From the IMG/VR virus record IMGVR_UViG_3300032285_000409, positions 1-63,836 of that record: DNA of 63,836 nt. One strand, given 5' to 3'. Below, one piece after another: positions 46,962-56,190 of the stretch. Under the pieces are notes generated by a model, which was not told the origin of the DNA, did no database searches, and saw only the letters and a program-made list of their open reading frames with translations. This DNA comes from a virus. Its lineage: Duplodnaviria; Caudoviricetes. The translations under genes were made by a program, and so were the position numbers. Every line of letters begins with the position of its first letter. Position 1 is the stretch's first letter.

Positions 46962-49402
46962 TTAGAGGGCTTCTCCTTGGGTTGGTTAATTTCTCGTTCT
47001 GTTTGCTTGAATTGGCCAGCTTTGGCCAGTGCGTCAACCTGAAGTTTGCGGTTGTCGTATTTGAATTGACCGGCCTTGTTCATGGCGTCGATCTGCATCT
47101 TGCGCTCCTCCAGAGCCAGACGTGCTTGCTCAATCTGATTCTTGGCTTGCATGTCCTGCGCTTTGATCTGGACTTCCTGCTGCTTGATCTGCAACTCTTG
47201 CTGCTGCATCTGCACAAGCGGGTCTTGCTGTTGCTGCTTGGCCTGCTGTTGAGCGGCTTGCGACTGGCTTTGCTGGAGCACTTGTTGTGCAGCCTGCGCC
47301 ATCATGGCTGACAACTGCAACTCCACTTCCGGTGGTAGCTTCTCGTCCTCGGGTGGCAGGGGCATGCCCAACTGCTGCTCGATCTTCATGCGGTAAGCGA
47401 AGCCAACGTGCTCGGCAACGTGCGCCATCATGGCACCCTGAATCTGCTGCGCCTTGGGATTCTGACCGATCAATTGCATGACGGTTGGGTCTTGCATGGC
47501 CGACATGTGTACCTTGATGTGGGACTCATGGTCTTGGTACTTGAACGCCTTGAGCGGCTCCATCTTGAGAGCGGCCATATTCTCAGACACAGGGTCTTTG
47601 GGCTTCTGGTCGTCTGGCAACGGCACCAGCTTATCCGGGTTCTTGATGCCCAACACCTCCAACATGCGACGGTGCAACTGCGGCAGGTCGTAAATGTCCG
47701 GTGCCATCTGCGCCATCTGAATGACGGCTTGGTATTGCACCACACGCTGGGAGAGGGTGGCTGCGTTGGGGTCGCTGACGGGGATGATGTCAACGTGAGC
47801 ATAGTCCGACTTACGAGCTTTACGTGTGCCAGTATCTGGCTCGTAGTTGTAGTCCGGGTCGGTGTAGTCCTCAATGATGTCGGTGAGCAGACGCAACTCT
47901 TGCTTGAAGCTGTAGTGCAGACGGGACTGCACGGCGGTCATCACCTTGAGGGTGCGCTCCAAAATTGCCAGTGTTGTGCCCACCGGCGCTTGAGCAGACA
48001 TGTCGCCAATTTTCACATCTGCTGTGGCAGCGAAGCGACGGCCTTCCTCGACAATCTTGTCCAGCAACCCCGCCAAGACGGTGCTTGGCTCTTTGTACGG
48101 CAGCGGGAGAATGTTGTCTCTTAATGCTCCCGATCCCAGATCAACGTCTCGGAACTCACCCGGGGCAATGGGCGTGTCATCACCCTTAATGCGAAGCCCA
48201 CGCGTCTTAAGTCCGCCGGGCAAGTTAGACAACGTGCCTGCATCAACCAGTTGGCGGATGATAGATGTGGCCGATTTGGCGAAGCCGCCAATAAGATGGA
48301 AAAGACCGAACCCGTACGCTCCGAAGCCGGGGATGTACTGGTAGTGCACGAAGTGCTGGCGTTTTGCCCGCAGGTCGTCGTCTTCTCTCCAGTTTCGTCG
48401 GATGGCAAGGACATCGTTACTTCCTTTGATGAGGGTCACAACATACGGCAGCATGATCCCGGTGGGTTCATCGTCGTCGTTCTTATCTTCGAACCCTTTC
48501 AAGTCCAAGTCAACATGAACTTCGTACAGGGTATAACGGTCGTCGTTAAGGTCGCTGAAGCCCGTCTCTTTGTCCTTGGCTTTCTTGATGTCGTCCTGCT
48601 GCGCCTTCAGAGGATCAGGCAGGTCAAAGTCACGGTAGAACCCAGCCTGCTGCAACTTGATGATGTCGTTCTTGGTCTTGCGCATGACGTGGGTCAGGCG
48701 GTAGCAAGTGTCCAAGTCTGTGGTGCCGTACGGCAGGATGATGTCCTCTGCGGGGATGAACATACTCACCTGACGGCCAAGGTTGGGGTCGTAGTACACC
48801 TTCTTGAACGCCGAGCCAGTCGCAGGCAGGCTCCAGAGCATGCGCTCATGTTCAGGTCGGAACTCGCGCATCACATCTGTTAGCTCGTAGTTCAAGTCCT
48901 CCTCAACACGTCGAGCAGCTTCTTTCTTCTCGGTGGTTTCTTTGCCCAAGATTTTTGTACGCACGGGGCCTTGTGCCGGGAAAGTCTCGGTGATGGTCTC
49001 TGACTGGAACCGCACCACGGCTTCTGTAATCATGGGGTGGAACACACCACAAGCGCCATCCCACGGCTCTGTACGATCTTCGTACTGCAAGCCCAACAGC
49101 TTCAAACCTTCGGTGTAGGACTTCTCCCACTCCTTGCGGCTGGCTTTGTCCTGATCTATGTCGCCCACCAAGTCACCGGCCATGCTGGCAAGGGCGCTCT
49201 CGTCCATCTCCTCGGCCAAGTTGGCGTTGAACTCGTCTTCGTCTTCACCGGGGTTGATGCTGATGTCCAGATCACCAGCGTGGATGTTGACCGCCTCGGG
49301 GTCAATGATCTCAATCTCTATCGGTTCAGCGCCGCTTTGGTCAGCCAAGTCCTCGATGCCCTGCGGTGCCTGATTCAGCGCCTTATCTATATTAGTAGCC
49401 AT
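46958..49402 (-). CDS. Portal protein
   Basis: 814 aa directly after the terminase; GSAFKKVY; Gln-rich C-terminal coiled coil like the P22 portal barrel. Confidence 0.88.
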   Translation of the reverse strand: MATNIDKALNQAPQGIEDLADQSGAEPIEIEIIDPEAVNIHAGDLDISINPGEDEDEFNANLAEEMDESALASMAGDLVGDIDQDKASRKEWEKSYTEGLKLLGLQYEDRTEPWDGACGVFHPMITEAVVRFQSETITETFPAQGPVRTKILGKETTEKKEAARRVEEDLNYELTDVMREFRPEHERMLWSLPATGSAFKKVYYDPNLGRQVSMFIPAEDIILPYGTTDLDTCYRLTHVMRKTKNDIIKLQQAGFYRDFDLPDPLKAQQDDIKKAKDKETGFSDLNDDRYTLYEVHVDLDLKGFEDKNDDDEPTGIMLPYVVTLIKGSNDVLAIRRNWREDDDLRAKRQHFVHYQYIPGFGAYGFGLFHLIGGFAKSATSIIRQLVDAGTLSNLPGGLKTRGLRIKGDDTPIAPGEFRDVDLGSGALRDNILPLPYKEPSTVLAGLLDKIVEEGRRFAATADVKIGDMSAQAPVGTTLAILERTLKVMTAVQSRLHYSFKQELRLLTDIIEDYTDPDYNYEPDTGTRKARKSDYAHVDIIPVSDPNAATLSQRVVQYQAVIQMAQMAPDIYDLPQLHRRMLEVLGIKNPDKLVPLPDDQKPKDPVSENMAALKMEPLKAFKYQDHESHIKVHMSAMQDPTVMQLIGQNPKAQQIQGAMMAHVAEHVGFAYRMKIEQQLGMPLPPEDEKLPPEVELQLSAMMAQAAQQVLQQSQSQAAQQQAKQQQQDPLVQMQQQELQIKQQEVQIKAQDMQAKNQIEQARLALEERKMQIDAMNKAGQFKYDNRKLQVDALAKAGQFKQTEREINQPKEKPSK

Positions 49403-49410
49403 GTTTACCC

Positions 49411-50946
49411 TTAGTAGTACGCCACACGGCGCTGCTTGAAGAATTTCGGTTCGTCTGGCTCGTCAGAGTCCAGAGCGATGAACCCACCTTGCCGGAAGCG
49501 CAGCAGGGCTTGAGATGTCGTATCCACGAAGTCGTCGTTCTCGCCGTTGGGAAAGGACGCCACCTCCTCGATCACCTCCCGCGCCCAGCGGGTGTCCGGT
49601 GCCCACACTCTACCCGAAGCGAACAAGTCCGCCACCGCGTTGAGTCGCACAATCTTATCGTTTCCCCGGCTAGGCGTAAACTCCTGCACCGGTATGCCCA
49701 TCGCCCGTAGCTCTTGGATCAGTGGTGCACCAGCAGCCTTCTTCTCCACAATGAACGCATCCGGCTCCCACTCCTTGTAGTGCTTGAGCGCCGTGGTCTT
49801 GAGTTCTGGGAACGCCATCCTGTCCTTGAACGCGTCTAGCAGAATGACTTGTGCCTGATCGCGCTCTTCCTCGTTATAGAACACACCCCACGTTGTGCAC
49901 GCGGAATAGTCGGCTGTCGTCTTGGCTTCAAACGCCGTGTCCCATGACTGGATGATGTACTCGCAGGTGGGCGGCTTGTCTGACGGCCATGTTCTCCACC
50001 TACTACGCGCAATGATCGCTGCGTTGTTGGACACCGGGTTCTGCATGTACTGGGCGTTCCAGTACTGGGGATCCATCGCGGCCTTCTTCTGCTTGAGCGA
50101 CTCCAGCGGCCACTGCTCTGGCCAGAGCGATTTCTCGTTTGGCTCGTCTTCATTCAGGATGGCGGGTAGCTCCACCAACTCCCACGGATCAGACTCTGGG
50201 TTCTTGGTCTGGTAGTCCAGTAAGCGCCCCGTCAGGTCGAGCTTAGACCAGCGCGTCATGATGATAATGATCGCGCCTCCCGGCATCAGACGTTGTAACG
50301 GCCCTGTTTGGAACCACGACCAAGCGGTGTCGAAAGCGAGTCGAGAGTTGGCCTTGACGTCCTGCTCCGAGTGAGGGTCATCAATAACGAACAAATCAGC
50401 GCCACGACCAGCAAGAGCACCACCGACACCAGCAGCGTAATATTGACCGCCAGCGCTTGTAGACCACTTACCAGCAGCTTTTTGATCGTCTGCCACCTGA
50501 GTTCTGGGAAAAAGCTCATGGTATTCCTCACCGTCAATCAGATTTCGCACCCGGCGACCGAAGTCTTCCGACAAACCTGCGGTGTGCGTACCCATAATGA
50601 TCTTCTTCTCAGGGAAATTCCCCAAGAAAAACGCCGGGAACAAGTAAGAGGAAAACTCAGACTTACCCATACGTGGCGCAATGTTGATAATCACCCGCTT
50701 TTTCTTGCCGGAAATCACATCACTGAAGATTCTGGCGAGTTTCTTGTGGTGCGGCCCCACCTTGAACCCGGGATACACGGATTTTGCGAATGCAAGCATA
50801 TCTGTGCGGGCGCTGTCTTTGATTTTGTGTTCTTCCGCCTTGTCGAGCATCTCCAAATACTCGAGTTTCTCCAAGGGCGACATCTTCCCAATGTTCTGGA
50901 ACAGCGCGGAGGCTTGCTCAGGCGTCAGTGGTGGATTCGTCGTCAT
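49411..50946 (-). CDS. terL: Terminase large subunit
   Basis: APRMGKS Walker A, IDDP Walker B, MTRW, SWDTA, DDFVD nuclease motifs. Confidence 0.95.
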   Translation of the reverse strand: MTTNPPLTPEQASALFQNIGKMSPLEKLEYLEMLDKAEEHKIKDSARTDMLAFAKSVYPGFKVGPHHKKLARIFSDVISGKKKRVIINIAPRMGKSEFSSYLFPAFFLGNFPEKKIIMGTHTAGLSEDFGRRVRNLIDGEEYHELFPRTQVADDQKAAGKWSTSAGGQYYAAGVGGALAGRGADLFVIDDPHSEQDVKANSRLAFDTAWSWFQTGPLQRLMPGGAIIIIMTRWSKLDLTGRLLDYQTKNPESDPWELVELPAILNEDEPNEKSLWPEQWPLESLKQKKAAMDPQYWNAQYMQNPVSNNAAIIARSRWRTWPSDKPPTCEYIIQSWDTAFEAKTTADYSACTTWGVFYNEEERDQAQVILLDAFKDRMAFPELKTTALKHYKEWEPDAFIVEKKAAGAPLIQELRAMGIPVQEFTPSRGNDKIVRLNAVADLFASGRVWAPDTRWAREVIEEVASFPNGENDDFVDTTSQALLRFRQGGFIALDSDEPDEPKFFKQRRVAYY

Positions 50947-51514
50947 CTGGTTTTGCTTCTACGTCCAACACATCGGCGTCGCTCACGTTCATGAACTTGG
51001 CCAGCTTCTCTTTGAGCTTCTTGTCGATCTCGTCTGCCGTCATTTCAGTCTTCTTGACCTCAATTTTCTCGGTGAACAGCCCGACTTCCGTGACTTTGCC
51101 CAGCAAACCAAGCGCCTTCAGGCGAATATTGGCGTTGGGGTGTTGCGTTTCTTCCACAAGTTTGGCCACAGTGTACCCGCGCAGTTCTTTGGCCTGCTGT
51201 ACAAACTCCCAGTCATAGGCGGTGAGCATGCCGACCAGATGTCGGACGGCCTCGGGGGTCTTGATCTCAGCTAACTGGTGGTGGGTGTGGGCGTCGGGGG
51301 CTGCGGTGACGACACTATTAAATGCTTGGCGTGCAGCCTCTGTCTCTAAACGGGTGGTTACTTGGTCAACATCAACAGCGCCAAGGGCTTTGAGCCAGTC
51401 GGCGGTTTGTAATTTGGCATCAATGACTTCGACCGCACTGACTTTATCCACAGGCACGGCAACGCCGGGGTGAGCGCTCACTTCGGGTTCAAAGTCTAAC
51501 AAGTGTTCCAGCAT
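50918..51514 (-). CDS. Putative terminase small subunit
   Basis: Directly upstream of terL; RLKAL.LLGK...GLF.EK.EV motif. Confidence 0.65.
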   Translation of the reverse strand: MLEHLLDFEPEVSAHPGVAVPVDKVSAVEVIDAKLQTADWLKALGAVDVDQVTTRLETEAARQAFNSVVTAAPDAHTHHQLAEIKTPEAVRHLVGMLTAYDWEFVQQAKELRGYTVAKLVEETQHPNANIRLKALGLLGKVTEVGLFTEKIEVKKTEMTADEIDKKLKEKLAKFMNVSDADVLDVEAKPDDDESTTDA

Positions 51515-51559
51515 TCCACGTCCTGACAGTTGCGTGCGTTTGCCCCCGCACGGGTGGGG

Positions 51560-51588
51560 TTGTGAAATTCTTATGCGTAATGTAAACT
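51560..51588 (+). promoter_or_regulatory. Sigma70-like promoter for the small RNA
   Basis: TTGTGA-N17-TAAACT. Confidence 0.6.
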
Positions 51589-51594
51589 AAAACT

Positions 51595-51680
51595 GAGTGG
51601 GTGCGCAAGCATTTGCTTTCTCCTCGGTTGGGTTACTCCTCCGTTCAACCCCGGCTGCGTATGCGGACGGGGTTTTTTTT
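51595..51680 (+). ncRNA. Candidate anti-RBS small regulatory RNA
   Basis: Bracketed by promoter and terminator; 51610-51624 is the exact reverse complement of AGGAGAAAGCAAATG at 54173 and 54328. Confidence 0.6.
51649..51680 (+). terminator. Intrinsic terminator
   Basis: CCCCG...CGGGG stem followed by T8. Confidence 0.8.
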
Positions 51681-51684
51681 CGCC

Positions 51685-51700
51685 TGTCAACCGTTAGACA
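51685..51700. promoter_or_regulatory. Operator-like 16-mer TGTCAACCGTTAGACA
   Basis: Reverse-orientation copy of the motif at 3099 and 58643. Confidence 0.55.
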
Positions 51701-51982
51701 AAGGTATTTTTGGAATTTTTTAAAAAATTTTGGGGTGGGTATAGGTAGTTTTACGTAGTCTTTGCTGGGGTTTTGGGGCTGGTTTGTATAAGGTTTTACA
51801 AAATACTGGGTGCGGGTGGGGAATAGTGTTTCGGGTCGGTACCGGCTTCGCTACATAAAGGGGTTGGTGGGGGTACGGTGGGGTTATCAGATGGGGCTTT
51901 TTGACCTTCCCCAGACCCCCGTTATGTTTAACTGAAGGTGTTGATGCACTCTCGCACAACATAACCAACTGGAGAAACTTCC

Positions 51983-52411
51983 ATGACTATTCGTACTATC
52001 GCTAAATCAATCGGTGCACAAGAACGTAACACCGAAGCCGCTATGTCCACACATATCAAGGCATACACCAAAGCCAAGCCCGAGGCGCAGGCTGAGATGC
52101 GCCGCGACTATCAGGTGGGCTACATCGCAGGCAGGGGCAAGGTGAGCATGGCTGAGTCAGAGAGAATTCTCTCTAACGGCAAAGGTGCGGCTTGTGAGAG
52201 CGAGGCGCACATCAAGCTCATCGACCAAGCCACCGCCTCATTCAACTACTGGTTCAAGTCCACGCCCAAGCAGGCAACGACGACGAGCCACGCACGCATC
52301 AGCAAGCAACATCGTGAGGCGGCTACCAACTTCCTTGCCGAGTTTGAGGGCGAGACACTGCAAGAGCAAATCAACGCCGCTATCGCAGTCTTGCGTGCAA
52401 TGACCAAGTGA
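51983..52411 (+). CDS. Hypothetical early protein
   Basis: First ORF of the + arm; RBS GGAG. Confidence 0.7.
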   Translation: MTIRTIAKSIGAQERNTEAAMSTHIKAYTKAKPEAQAEMRRDYQVGYIAGRGKVSMAESERILSNGKGAACESEAHIKLIDQATASFNYWFKSTPKQATTTSHARISKQHREAATNFLAEFEGETLQEQINAAIAVLRAMTK

Positions 52412-52548
52412 GTTTTTTCAACCAAGCGGTACAGCGTGGGCTGGCCGCTGTTCCCTTTCGTGTCCAACGAGAATCGTAATGCGAACACAAACGCAAATCA
52501 TTATCAATCCGTGGGACACACTGTCCCACCAAACTTAGGAGAAATCAA

Positions 52549-52764
52549 ATGTGCTTCAACACTCAACCCACCGTTAAAGAAGTCGGCATCTTGTCCCTGC
52601 GTGGTCAAGACTATCACTGCCAGCGAATCACCTATGGCACACGCCATCACATCCATGTGTTCCGCAAGGGCGAACTGCACAAGCACGGCTTGGTGTTCAC
52701 CACGCAGGCAGAGTACCAGCACTGGCTCAAAGGCTTAGGCAAACAACTCGAACTGTTCAATTGA
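52549..52764 (+). CDS. Hypothetical early protein
   Basis: RBS AGGAGAAATCAA-ATG; ends in QLELF. Confidence 0.65.
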   Translation: MCFNTQPTVKEVGILSLRGQDYHCQRITYGTRHHIHVFRKGELHKHGLVFTTQAEYQHWLKGLGKQLELFN

Positions 52765-52783
52765 GAGAGAATTCTCTCTGTCT

Positions 52784-53102
52784 GGGGTGTCCGCAAACTA
52801 AAAAATTTGGACAGCACTGGCGGTATCGTGCAACCCGCATGGATACTAGCGTTTCCAAAAAACTGTCCATACTATCTATCTATTTCTAATCTTTTATATA
52901 TAGATAAGAGTGTTTACCCACGGACACCCCAACAACTTTGTCCGCCTTAGCTTTTCTTTGTCTAACCCCTTTGCTCTTTCGCAAACCGATAGATACTTGG
53001 GACAGTTGTGCCTTTTCTGTCCCGCAAACCGCATGAATACTGGCGTCGCAACTATCCAACAACCCTGTCCAAATTTTTTAGTTTGTGGTAACATCGGACA
53101 CC
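52784..53102. other. Nested inverted/direct repeat region; candidate replication origin
   Basis: 21-bp perfect inverted repeat, inner imperfect inverted repeat, 18-bp direct repeats, AT-rich core. Confidence 0.5.
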
Positions 53103-53124
53103 TTCTTAACTAAAGGACTTTAGT

Positions 53125-54093
53125 ATGGACAATTTACTACCAAAGCTCGTTGCCATGAGCCACAACGATGCACACAACTACCTAATGAGCCTTGACCTGC
53201 CCGTGGATTTGCGGGTGTCGCTGGCTGAGAAGGTAAGCGCATACCGCAAGCTCAAAGGCAAGGCGAACAAGCAAGCCAAGCTCACGCAGGTCTACCACGC
53301 AGAGCTATGGCATCGGCTCATTGCCCCGCTCAAATACGAACTTAGTAACGCCAAGGTGGGACGTGAACTAAAAGACTTTAGTGATGCACCCGAAAGACAC
53401 AAGGCGTTCAGCGAATACATCACGCTCATGGAGAAGCTGTTGGCTGGCTTGCAGAAACTTCAGATAGACGAGGGTAGCAAAGCCAGCGTGTCGGTGTTCG
53501 AGCGTGGCAACGCCGACCCCAAGGCGCGTACTGAGTACGCCAAGACACCGGCAGAGATAGCCCAAGCGCGAGAGCTACCCAACAAGGGAGCGCATTGGAC
53601 GAACTGGATAAACGAGCGCACCAAGAACCGCATCCGCGAGTTGTTCGACGGCATCCCATACACCGGCAAGAAAAGACCTGTGCCGTTTGCCTACCGCATA
53701 CCACCTGCGATGTTCAAGCGTGACCTTGCCGCCTTGCAAAAGCGCACTATCAAAGAGTATGACATTGCCAAGCAGGAACTAGAGATGCTACGCAAAGCGA
53801 TGGATGTAGCCACGCCCGAGCAGTATGAGCAAGAGGTCAAGCTCGATGACACCTTGAGGCGTATGCAGTTCGTGCTCAAACACATCACATATCACATGAA
53901 GAACGAACCTCTGCCCCCAACATGGCACGGACTTGCGCACCTGTATGAACCGCCAACAAAGCCGGTAGAAAAGCTGGTCGAGGACTGGGACAACGAAGAC
54001 AACCTGATTGAAACCTTGCGGCTGGCACTTCAGCTTGTTGAGCCTGAACCACCCAAGAAAAAGACAAACCGCCCCAAGCGGTACAGAACTTAG
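53125..54093 (+). CDS. Hypothetical protein (322 aa)
   Basis: Long helical ORF with AGGA RBS. Confidence 0.75.
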   Translation: MDNLLPKLVAMSHNDAHNYLMSLDLPVDLRVSLAEKVSAYRKLKGKANKQAKLTQVYHAELWHRLIAPLKYELSNAKVGRELKDFSDAPERHKAFSEYITLMEKLLAGLQKLQIDEGSKASVSVFERGNADPKARTEYAKTPAEIAQARELPNKGAHWTNWINERTKNRIRELFDGIPYTGKKRPVPFAYRIPPAMFKRDLAALQKRTIKEYDIAKQELEMLRKAMDVATPEQYEQEVKLDDTLRRMQFVLKHITYHMKNEPLPPTWHGLAHLYEPPTKPVEKLVEDWDNEDNLIETLRLALQLVEPEPPKKKTNRPKRYRT

Positions 54094-54184
54094 AGAGAAA
54101 TCTCTCTGACGTACTGGCATGGCTACGCCGCTCACCATGCCGGTACTACCTCAACGAGCGGCACCTGAAACTAGGAGAAAGCAA

Positions 54185-54343
54185 ATGAACGAAGAACTTA
54201 TTGACGCTGTTATCGAGCAGATGATGCTCGACATTCAGGCAGACGACTGGACTGCCATCGCTGAGTTATTGAACCGCACACACGAGGACGTGCTCGTAGC
54301 GTTCCTGTCTGACTGCGGTATGCCCGAAGGAGAAAGCAAATGA
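54185..54343 (+). CDS. Small acidic early protein
   Basis: RBS AGGAGAAAGCAA-ATG. Confidence 0.65.
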   Translation: MNEELIDAVIEQMMLDIQADDWTAIAELLNRTHEDVLVAFLSDCGMPEGESK

Positions 54344-54540
54344 ACAACAAACACTTAGCCCAACAGCTACGCAACAGCCTGTTCGCAGACCGAGGCACAG
54401 ACCTAGAGCAAGCGTTCAAGGACGCCTACCACCTCATCGACAGGGGCATCACCCCTCGTGACCGCATCAGTGCATACACCGCACTGCACATCGTCATCAA
54501 CACGATAGCCAACAAACTAACCGAAGGAGAAGAGAAATGA
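54340..54540 (+). CDS. Hypothetical early protein
   Basis: RBS AGGAGAAAGCAA-ATG; ATGA overlap. Confidence 0.7.
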   Translation: MNNKHLAQQLRNSLFADRGTDLEQAFKDAYHLIDRGITPRDRISAYTALHIVINTIANKLTEGEEK

Positions 54541-54710
54541 AATACAGAGCAACGCTTGTCGCTACCTGCTACCAAATCGTAGAGGTCGAAGCCCCATCAA
54601 AGGAAGAAGCCGCACGTCTCATGCTCAATGAGTTCGTAGGCGTTGATGCTGAGTGTGCACAGCTACATATTGACGGTGGCTGGCGCAACATCGAAGAAGT
54701 TAAAGAGTGA
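54537..54710 (+). CDS. Hypothetical early protein (57 aa, not in ORF track)
   Basis: MKYRATL...VEVEAPSKEEA; ATGA overlap; RBS present. Confidence 0.65.
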   Translation: MKYRATLVATCYQIVEVEAPSKEEAARLMLNEFVGVDAECAQLHIDGGWRNIEEVKE

Positions 54711-54784
54711 ATCAAGAGAGAAACCTCTCTGACGCCCAGTCGGGCGGCGTTCAAGCCCGACACTAGCAACTTAGGAGAAACCAA

Positions 54785-56188
54785 ATGAGTAACTATGACA
54801 ACGACGTTATGCGCGAAATCATGCGCAATACCATCCGCATCCTCAAACATGGCGTTGAGGTGCGCGACGAGCAAACACGGAGGTGGACATACACCTGCCG
54901 ACCACGCACTTGGTTCAGCAACCTTGCCTATCGCTTCGACTTCCATAAGGCTGTATGGGACGCAGTCATTATGACCCGTCCTCGTGACTGGCAACAGCTT
55001 GTGCTTGAGTATCCACACAAGGCAGAGACTGACCCCAACCGCATCGCTTACACACGTGATGAGCGTGCAGGCGAGGCCGATAAGCAGACGGTGACTACCA
55101 TCGGTAAATACTTGATGCGCCACTTCGACCTGCCTGACCACGAGATACGCGACATCGTTGCACGCTACACCAGCAAGGGCGAGATGTATTTCGTACACAC
55201 AGTCGACGAGATGGTGCACGTGGTCAACAACGGCCCGCACTCATGTATGAAGTGGAGCAGCCGTGGCGGTGTCAACTGCGACGACGGTATCAGGCGGCAT
55301 CCGTATGCGGTGTATGCCCCCAAGTATGGCTGGCACATGGCTGTTCGCAAGGACGGTGATGAGATTGTCGGTCGTGCTCTGTGTATCAGCAACGACGACG
55401 GCAAGTACTGGGTGCGCTCGTTCAAGAAGGGCGAGAGTTACAGCTACACCGACGAGATGCTCGAGGCATGGCTCAAGTCTCAAGACTACAAGCACGAGAG
55501 TGGGTATATCGAGGGGCAGAAGATTGCCAAGATTCCCGCTGAGTGTGGCTACCTTGCACCGTACCTCGACGGTGATGCTCAGTGCGTGAGCGATGGCGGT
55601 GACCACCTGTTCATCGAGGAGCGTGGTGATTACAGCTTCAACGAGACGCAAGGCTATGTCAGTGATGGCAACGACAAGGTCGAGTGCGAAGACTGTGGTG
55701 ACATGGTCGACGAAGACGAGTACTCCTACGTGGGTGCTTACGAAGACCGATGCGTGTGTCACAACTGCATGGAGAACAGCTACACAAGCGTCATATCCCG
55801 CAACGGGCGGGAGCGTTACATCCATGACGATGACGTTGTTTACGTCCAGTCTCAAGATGCGCACTACGACGTCAACTACCTGTCCACCAACAGCATCGTC
55901 GAGCTTGACAACGGCGACTATGAGCACATCGACAATGCCGTGTGTGTTGACGATACGTGGTATCACGTCGAGGATGAGCGCGTTGTCTGCGACCACCAAG
56001 GTGACTACCAGCTACGTGAGAACTGTTCACAGCTACACGATGGCGAGTGGGCGTTAGATGACGAGTGCTGGTACTGCGAGGGGTCGCAGGAGTACTACCT
56101 GTACGAGGACGAAGACCCTGTGTACGTTGATGGTGATATGTACCACCCCGACCATGTGCCAACAAGCGAAGAGAACCAAGGAGAATAA
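54785..56188 (+). CDS. Uncharacterised protein with SCM/GRAL/PYLD domain and acidic Cys-rich repeats
   Basis: HSCM, GRAL, APYLD motifs; CEDCG...CHNC. Confidence 0.7.
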   Translation: MSNYDNDVMREIMRNTIRILKHGVEVRDEQTRRWTYTCRPRTWFSNLAYRFDFHKAVWDAVIMTRPRDWQQLVLEYPHKAETDPNRIAYTRDERAGEADKQTVTTIGKYLMRHFDLPDHEIRDIVARYTSKGEMYFVHTVDEMVHVVNNGPHSCMKWSSRGGVNCDDGIRRHPYAVYAPKYGWHMAVRKDGDEIVGRALCISNDDGKYWVRSFKKGESYSYTDEMLEAWLKSQDYKHESGYIEGQKIAKIPAECGYLAPYLDGDAQCVSDGGDHLFIEERGDYSFNETQGYVSDGNDKVECEDCGDMVDEDEYSYVGAYEDRCVCHNCMENSYTSVISRNGRERYIHDDDVVYVQSQDAHYDVNYLSTNSIVELDNGDYEHIDNAVCVDDTWYHVEDERVVCDHQGDYQLRENCSQLHDGEWALDDECWYCEGSQEYYLYEDEDPVYVDGDMYHPDHVPTSEENQGE

Positions 56189-56190
56189 CC

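Noticed and set aside
8317-51514. Alternative genetic code or stop-codon readthrough
   Set aside because: Genes are full length and tightly packed under the standard code
51571-51612. - strand 13-codon ORF (MLAHPLSFSLHYA) with a perfect RBS
   Set aside because: Very short and out of frame with the terminase small subunit; the + strand promoter and terminator explain the site better. It is not fully excluded and is kept as the alternative for the sRNA finding
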